DNA of 61,582 bases, counting the filler, from Piptocephalis cylindrospora (taxonomy: Eukaryota), in assembly GCA_003614145.1 (NCBI GenBank). It is 4 parts of 4 records of this genome, joined end to end, with 100 filler letters (N's around TTAATTAATTAA, not from the genome) between each part and the next. Parts side by side here need not be neighbours in the genome. Positions count along the whole stretch, not along the records: positions 46,320 to 61,582 come from KZ987902.1; 3 more parts are not named here. One strand, given 5' to 3'. Within the stretch, counting starts at the first letter, position 1; every line of letters starts with the position of its first letter. Below the pieces are notes generated by a model, which searched no databases, was not told where the DNA came from, and saw only the letters and a program-made list of their open reading frames with translations. This document shows, one piece after another, positions 53,935-61,582 of the stretch. The position numbers and the translations under genes were made by a program.

Positions 53935-54972
53935 CTAGACAGGAGAGGTCTGCGCGTGTTTAGGTGGGCTGGTGTCAGTAAGGGGTGTGTCAAATCGGGT
54001 ATCATCCGGGGAATAGGCGTCTCTTTCTCTCGGATCGTGCGCGAGAGGAAGAACCTGCCCTCCATATTCTAACTGAGGGGAGACGGCCTCCTCCCGCCTG
54101 GCCCGTCGGCTCATCTCACGAAGGGGAAAGGGCCTGGCACACTGGCAGTCGGTGAGGGAGGGATAATACTGACGATAGCCAAAGTAGGCAAAGAAGATGC
54201 CAATCAAGGTTCCGACGGTGATATCTTGCCAATGATGACGGTAATCGTCCAGTCTGGATACGGCCACTAGGGAGGCACCAAGAATAGGTAGGAGAACGAT
54301 AAAGCCCTTGATCGACCGGCCTTGACGGTCAAAGAGGTTCAACTTGCCGGCAAAATACAGAGCAAGGTAGGTGAGTCCGGCAAAGGTTTCAGAGGAGTGT
54401 CCCGAGGGAAAGCTCTTGGACCCGTCCCGCAGCATGGATTCATTCGTCTGGGTACACACGTCGGCAATGCTAAGAAGCCCAATGGCCGGGTCCACCGTAC
54501 CTTCCCGCGGTTGGCATCGATCGAGAAAATCCGGGCGCAGCCGGCCCACCGAGACTTTGAGAGTGTGAGTCACAGCCAGAGTCAGGGTCATGGTGGTGCA
54601 CAGACCCAGGATGCCCACATGCCAATCCCAACTACTACGGCGAACCAAAAGGGCCACCAGGGTAATGGCGACAATGGGTAGGAGGAAGCAGATGAGCTAG
54701 AGTGAAAGGAGGGGAGGGTTGGATAGATGAGTATTTTGCCTAGAGAAACTTTTTGCGCCCTATAGCTCGCTTACACCCAGATGAACAGAGGTCACTGTCT
54801 CATGATAGGCATGGGGGTACATGATGGTCTTGTCCTGAATGGAGAATTTACGTTGAAAGGGCGGGATATTCCCGATGAGAAACCAGGCAATTGCCATCAT
54901 CAGGACTACCAGCCAATCTATCAGATACGAAGGGCCGTGTGATCTCGTACGTTTCCAGTTAAAGACAGCCAT
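53935..54972 (-). CDS. PAP2-family lipid phosphate phosphatase (Dpp1/Lpp1-like), 2 exons
   Basis: KVSVGRLRPDFLDRC, SFPSGHSS, SRLDDYRHHWQDI; exon 1 PFQRKFSIQDKTIMYPH; intron at about 54697-54773. Confidence 0.92.
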
Positions 54973-55721
54973 GCCTTGTATGTGTGCTGTTTGGGTGGGT
55001 GTATGGAACAGAAAGGATCAATATGAGGATGGAAGAAGGAAGCAATAGTAGTTGAGAGGAGAAGAAAGTCTCTTGCCCTTCCCCTTGAAGCTACGGTTCA
55101 TCCTCCCTTCTTTATATAAGGCGGCTGGGAGGGTCGATTGGTATAGAGGGAAGTCAGATACTTGGCATGTTCCCTTCCATCCCAAGTCCCGTCACCTTTC
55201 CCCTTTTTTAAACCCCGGTGGTTGAGGAACGAGGTATGCCAGGGTGTTGGGACAGTGGCCATTGGTGGGTGGATGCGTAAGTGTGGGTGAGACTCTATCA
55301 TATTTAGATGTACAGCGGTTGGGATGATCTAAAAATGGCAGCAAACCCAGGTCTCCCTTATTCATGTGGCGTAAGAAGGGCGTGGCAAGGAGGGGACGTG
55401 GCTGTTGCTTGCGATGCCAAGACGCGCATTCAATGGGTATAGCTCTGGAGAGATTGGCTTGATGGCATCCATCATTGGTCTCTTGACCCATACCCTATAA
55501 ATCATCCCATCTTGATACCTTTCCTTCCATTCAAACATGGGTTCAAGTCGCTTTGCAAGGATATCCTGATCCGCCATAGTAGATACATCGTCCTTTACTG
55601 GTGATTTTCATCGTCCTCATCGATCGTATAAATCATCGAAGCTTGTCTTGATGTATAAAAACAGTCCCAAAACGGGGGGGAGGGTCATGCCTTACTCTCC
55701 CTGGGATGTAGTGTAACCTCC

Positions 55722-56613
55722 TCACCAAACCTGATTCAAGCCTTCAAGGCCCAAGGGAGGGGTGGGGGAAAGGTCTGGGGGCCCTACTTCTTCCCCGGGA
55801 GAATGGGCATGAGCATTCATCATAGAAGATTTTCCCTGCATTTCATGGGAATCATCTTGACAAACGGGGGAAGTCCAGGGGGAGGAACACGGGTCATCCT
55901 GAATCGTCATCTCATATAGTATCGTCTCCTCCACCACCTCCTCCTCTTCAACTTGTACAGTGGATTCTCCCTCTTCTAACCCATCCCGACCTTGATTTTT
56001 TCATGGACGCATGGGAAATAGGAACGATGGGCCTTAGGGTATGGAGCAGGATCCATCGAATCCATCCGTATAGGATACGAGCATTCCCACCCTGGTGATT
56101 CTGGGCCCAGAGGAGAAATGCCATGTATGCCCAGTAGGCCGTACGCCTTGTCCTCCCTGGCATCCTTTGGCCCTTGGTCAATGACACTGTCGTCCCCAGG
56201 GCGTAGATGGCCCAGTACGACTCCCATCCATTTGATCCCTTCTCATTCGACACTGATGGATCCTGCTTTCCAATAGCCTGTCGTAGGAGGGGCGGAAGGG
56301 TAGCGACAAGATGGAGAAAGAGGACGGGGTACTGTTTCCAAAAATGATAGCTTATCCCCACATATCCGGACAGGGTGAGGAGAAGGGTATGAAGAGGGGA
56401 GAATCCCAAGAGAAAGAGAATCCGGGAGGGCAAAGTATGAAGGACGGCGTTGGACAAGGCCTCCAGTGTCTTAGGTACCCAGAGGCCCGAGCTCCATCCC
56501 ATCATCCGGACCACTCGCCACTTGGAACATTGTAAGGCCCTGCATCTCTTCCGTGCTCCCTTGGCCAATGTTTGCGCTTGGCCTTGCTGATCGTTGGATG
56601 GTAATTCGGGCAT
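55722..56613 (-). CDS. TB2/DP1/HVA22 (Yop1/REEP)-like membrane protein, divergent; 3' end uncertain (stop at 55948, or a frameshift or intron extending to 55722)
   Basis: Hydrophobic hairpins; WESYWAIYA..YMAFLLWAQ..NARILY resembles W..YW.VY..FL.WL..GA..LY. Confidence 0.5.
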
Positions 56614-57964
56614 CTGAGGGCGGCAAGTGGTAGTAGGCAGTAAGGATGCTGAGAGTTATGAGGAGAGGGCGTAGCAGGGATTATGGAATATAGCGTAGAG
56701 GTAGAAAAGGAAGAGTATTACGATACAACACAGGATGTCTGAGCATATATCCCTATTTTATGCCCTGAAACGAACACTTGTGCATTATGATAAATCATAA
56801 TGAGAATGAAAGTGTGGGAATAGGTCAATGGCTGAGTACTTGGGAAGCCAATCCTGGGGCCGCGTTCCTTTGTGGCATACTTATGCATTGTTCTAGCATT
56901 TTTTTACCACTTGGGCAGATAATGTTACCGTGCTTTGATCCATAAGCCGGTTTGGTAGGATGGGGTGGGATGGGATGAATCATCCGTTTCTGGGGGACCA
57001 GTCTGGACCTAGTTCATCGTATTGTCGTTGGACCATACCCCATTCACGCCTCTACGATTATTTATCAATACATCCCTATTCTCCATCGATGATATCATCA
57101 TAGGATACTTTAAGAGAGAGGCTGTAACGACGATTTTACTCTAATGTGTGGTACGCGTGATGAGCTTTTTTGAGGCTGCAGAGAGGATAGCGAGATGACT
57201 AGGATTGGCGTATGAAGTGTGATTTAGAGGGGTAAAGATGAGCACGTATCGGTAGTCTGGATAAAGAGAGATACGGAACGCTTTTACGGGATGACTGGGC
57301 GCTAGGAAATAATTGTCATCATATCATCCTAAGAAAGGAATCGTCGTCTGTGTATGGTGTCAAGAATAGCAATGGATTTACTCTTTAGGTGGCTCAGGGC
57401 TTCAATGGGCATAGTGCCAATATCCGTTGTTGTTACTACCGAACAGATCGGGCTAATACATAATAATTGTTTTGATGTAGAGGGGGTATCGCCCCATGAC
57501 AATACGAATCAGAGTACCTTGAGGCGCCTGGTCATCATTCGTATAAGTTGCCTAGGAGTATGATGGATCGCCCATGGCTCCTCTTTCTCCTACCCTCTCC
57601 TGCTTTTGGTCTAACCACTACGAGTCCTCAATTCCATACTGAATTATAACCATCTTTTTCTATTTCAGTGTTACTGTTTTGACTTGCCATTCTCGACTCA
57701 TTCAATCCAGTGAATGGCCTCTACAATGTATCGTGAAAGCGAGCCGATATTTATGCCGCCATAGACCCTTTTCTTCATCATTCTTCTTCTGGGGAACCAT
57801 TCTTAATGAAATAAAATACACTAGACGCGCATGAATCATACAATCAAGAAGAAGTAAAGTGATCCTAACTTGATCAATAACCTATTGCAGAAAGCAAGGA
57901 ATTATGATATAGACTACACTAGCGCACTTTCGATGCAGGATCTTGCAAATCTCATCGATCACCA

Positions 57965-58861
57965 TCAGTACCCAATACATCCACCCTTTGCTTTTAGGAT
58001 GGTCTGAATCCTTGAATACGTGCTGTTGATAAAATTCAGGACTACATCCTGGGGGATTTGAGTCTGGAGACCGAGAGGGCCATTCCAGGGCTTGGATCCC
58101 ATTTGAGGAAAGCCAGCTCCGGGCTTTGATAGAGGTATGTTTTGAGTCATTATCCTGCTGGAAAATGACATCCTCATCACTAAGGCCCTAGTCATCCAGC
58201 AATGATAGATAGCTTTCTTCCAATATATCACAGTATACGTCCGCATCCATGCTCCCGTCAATCCTACGCAGCCTACCAATTCCATAGACAGAGATACAAC
58301 CCCAAACCAGCACATTACCTCCTCCATACTTAAGTGTAGGCACCATATTCCCACCATTGAAGGCCTCCTCAGGTCTCCTCCAGCTCCATCCGAGCCCATA
58401 AGATTAATCTTGGGCCCGTACGTCCAGATGACGCGCCTCCAGTCCTCCTGTGTTCAACTCTGATGCCTCCTTGCAAAGCGCAAGCGGGCTAGGCAATTTT
58501 TGCCCTTTAGCATTGGAACCTTTCTAGGTCTTCTGCCTCTCAATCCCCTCCTTCTGATGGCACGACGCACTGCATCTGCACTAACGCTCTCCCCACGATC
58601 GGCAGAAAACTGCATTGCGACTCTCCTGGCTGATCCCCCGCGTGTTGTAGCTACATTCCGGACGGCCATCCGTTCTTCTCTCAGGGTTAGAAGCCTTGGA
58701 CGGCCACCTGGGTTAGGTTTTCCCACCATATCTAACTCCTTACGCTTCCTCACTACCGTAGATGCTCCTATCTTGGTCGAAGCAGCCACTTGGTGGAGTG
58801 ATTGGCCCTTCTCCAGGAGCATTTTGATGCGCATAGTTGTTTCTTTTGGTATGGCTTTCAT
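57965..58861 (-). mobile_element. Tc1/mariner transposase pseudogene
   Basis: HTH with GRPRLLT..EER, RLRFARRHQS*TQEDWRRVIW, VMCWFGV, out-of-frame IFQQDNDSKHTS and LEWPSRSPD, terminal KAKGG..Y; nonsense change, frameshifts and an internal deletion. Confidence 0.9.
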
Positions 58862-59460
58862 GGTTGAGCGAGCTGAAGGAGATCGTGGTGTAGGGGATAA
58901 TGAAGAGCTCTGGTTCTTATACTGATGTTCTTATAGCTTGATTCCTAATATGTTAGTTTTTATAATGAGATTAAGAAAAGTGTATTTCAAGCTGATCCTG
59001 TTTCACTACAGTGCCGACACAATTTGTTTTACAAAGTTTTAATTCCTGAAACGATTTATTTTTCCATTTAAAAGTACTTCACCTATCCCTGGTCGTATGG
59101 TTCTCACGCTTCCAATGTACTGTATTTCATCAAGAATAACTTTCTGTAGGAAGAATAATAAAGAAAAGGGTCCATGATGGTGTAAATACTGGTGTACTTT
59201 CATGATACACCGTAAGTTGCCACATTTTGTATGATCCAAGGAAGTGCCTTGGGCCTACAATAAAAGCCGCTCAGACGCGCGAACTCCGCTCGGTCGACCA
59301 TGTGGATCATCCATCTTATACGGTCAGTTGGTAGCTCCTCCTCCTCCTTTGTCGCTGCTCTGTATTCTAGGAGTCTCCTACATTATCCGTTCTCCTCCCT
59401 CTCTTCACTTAGTCCTTTTTCCTTTCCCACTCCTTTTTTCAATTCTTTCTCAAGCTCACC

Positions 59461-61582
59461 ATGCCCGTTGCAGAGATGCAAGGCATTGAACCAGCCGACC
59501 TAGGTAAATTATATCCTCTTTCCCTTCTTTCCAATTGTGATACCACTATTAAGCATCCCAACAGCCGCTGGCACTGAAATCGACGAGTACACCCTGGGTG
59601 ACGGAGTGTTCAAAGGGGGCATGTCGACCCTCAGGACAGCCACCAGCAGTGTTGGTAAAAAGGTCATGGTCAAGTTTTTTATCCAGGAGTCTAGCTATCA
59701 ACGTGAGCTTTCCTCCCTTCTTGCCCTTCAAGAGGCGGAATCCAGAGTAGGCGTTTGATTCCGTGAAGCCATGGGTTCTATCTACCTCTGCTCATCATCC
59801 CGTACTTTCATTAATCAATCACCTCCCTGAAGAATGTCATTAGTCTCATTGATTATTTTGAGGCGGAAGAGGAAGATGAGTGGTTTCCACAGTCGGTCAT
59901 CATCCTTGAGCTGGGAATTGTGAGTCTTCAACATTGGGCCCATGGAAAGCGTCCTGTTTCCGAAGTCTACCTCAAGCCCATCCTTTTGGTAAGAAGAAGA
60001 GAACATATGAGTGACGTTTCTAGTATACGGGATCTTACACCTCACTCTCCCATCCCTATACAACTACATACCCCCAGGATATCCTTGGAGGCTTAGAGTC
60101 TATGTATGCCGCTGGACTGGGTAAGTGGCTGGATCGTCGGATACGCTTCTTTATCTTCTCTTCACTGGTTTTGACCTCATTCACACTAGATGGCCGATCA
60201 TCACTCATCATTCCCATTTACTTCAGTACACTGTGATCTCAAGCCAGGCAATATCATGCAGTTTGCCTGCCCAGGCCGAGAGCAAGGGATATGGAAGCTT
60301 ATCGATTTTGATTGTGCTTGCAAGTACGTGCTGCTCTGAATTCGGTATTTCACAATTCAATTCACTCACCGCTATTCTCCTTACAGAGTTGGCCAACCTG
60401 TAAGAGGCCTTACCTTGGATTACTGTGCCCCCGAGGTGCTCCATGCCACCAGAGCTGGCAAGTCCCTGATGGCTACCCATGCCCTGGACATGTTCTCCTG
60501 TGGTCAAATTATCCATTGGATGGCATCCAGCACCCCTATCTGGGGAGAGGAGGAAGCCACTGATGCAGTGATGGCGCATATGCTATGTCAAGACTCAGAA
60601 CTCCCCATCTTTTCTTCCACCTTTACTCAGCTGCCCGTATATCATTTGGTGGTGGAGCTCTTGCGGAAAGACCCCGCCAAGCGCTTGACCCTAAAGGCTC
60701 TTCGGGTATGCTATCTTGCCTCATTATAGTATATCTAGGATCCCTACTAAACCCTCCTTCTTCAACTTCTTTCATGATGTCATGTAGAAGAAGTCGTATT
60801 TCCAATCCACTCTGGATACTAGAGTGGTTAGCGATCTACTCAAGCAACGTCTTGCCATTGAGGACATTGATACGGATGAGGATGAAGAGGGCGGGGCAGG
60901 GACTGTGATGATCCCCGAGGAGAACGACAGTATTTTCATCAACTTTTCCCGATATGTTCGTCACCGCGGGCTACGTAGGATTTGGAGCACCAATGGATGG
61001 GGCCGTCAGATCTCGCGTGACACCTTGGTAGAGTCGCTGAAGAACTACCTTGCCGCTGACACCACTGCTCTCGAAGCCGTTGATGGGTTCATGGATAAGT
61101 TCTTGCCTATTTCATTGGAAGATAATTTGGATGCTGCAGCAGGAGATCCTGTAACCATTGAACGGATCAACCAGGCCTTTCCCAAGATAGTCTCCAAGTG
61201 TCAGCTTGGGGACTGGATTCTTCATCAGGTTCATCTTAAGAGTCAATCTCGTATTTACATGTGAGTAAAGGTATAGTATCACTACAGATTTTCCACCTCA
61301 TAAAATACTAATCTGCCTTTATTATTCCTAGGATTCGGCAGGTTCGCCAAAAAATCGAAAAATATTTGGTGGAAAAGCCAGTGTACCACCTGTGTTGTGA
61401 GTTCAAGCTGGGTTTCACAACCTACTGCATGAGGAGTTCTCTTAACGTTCTGGATTCGTTGAGTGACATCGACATATCAATTCGTCTTCGTATCCTTGCA
61501 GTCATGGATATGATTGAGTATTCGGGTCCTGCTGAAGACGAGGAGGAAGAGCTTCGTGCGCTGGCTCGGTTTAACGATGAGG
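59461..61582 (+). CDS. Ser/Thr protein kinase-like protein with C-terminal extension, multi-exon, runs off the window
   Basis: Spliced motifs VMVKFF, VIILELG, VHCDLKPGN, WKLIDFD, YCAPEVL, DMFSCG, LLRKDPAKR; seven GT-AG introns seen. Confidence 0.85.

Noticed and set aside
57721..59124. Candidate Tc1 TIRs (TACAATGTATCG at about 57722, TACAGTG at 59007, ACTGTA at 59119)
   Set aside because: No convincing matching pair by eye, so the element boundaries are not called

Overview
Eukaryotic, fungal genomic DNA with short GT-AG introns, about 50% GC and GA/CT-rich intergenic tracts. The gene content (ARL8, cAMP-receptor-like GPCRs, TRAF-type RING protein) suggests an early-diverging fungus, possibly Zoopagomycota/Piptocephalis-like; this is inference only. 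The window is four pieces joined by artificial 100-nt spacers (N44-TTAATTAATTAA-N44 at 15465, 30846 and 46220), so adjacency across spacers means nothing. Genes I can support: UPRT (partial), Spt20, an ACAD8-like acyl-CoA dehydrogenase (15 exons), a divergent histone H4, an F-box protein, a RING/TRAF zinc-finger protein, UreF, ARL8, a USP4/15/Ubp12-like deubiquitinase, an SDR, Nup155/170 (partial), an HTH/crotonase-like fusion, two tandem CAR-like GPCRs, mitoferrin, PXMP4, tRNA-Phe, Spn1/IWS1, an OPT/YSL transporter, a PAP2 phosphatase, a Yop1/HVA22-like protein and a kinase (partial). There are also a LINE fragment and a dead Tc1 element. The most unusual items are: (i) a 1.4-kb cassette of a LINE 3' fragment plus a mutated but intact H4, bounded by an exact 17-bp direct repeat; (ii) the HTH + degenerate crotonase + Cys-Pro motif protein; (iii) a duplicated non-coding unit that can form a pseudoknot; (iv) iron-GATA-type sites around mitoferrin. 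Several repeats look like amplification or assembly chimeras. All family calls come from motif recognition by eye; no searches were run.
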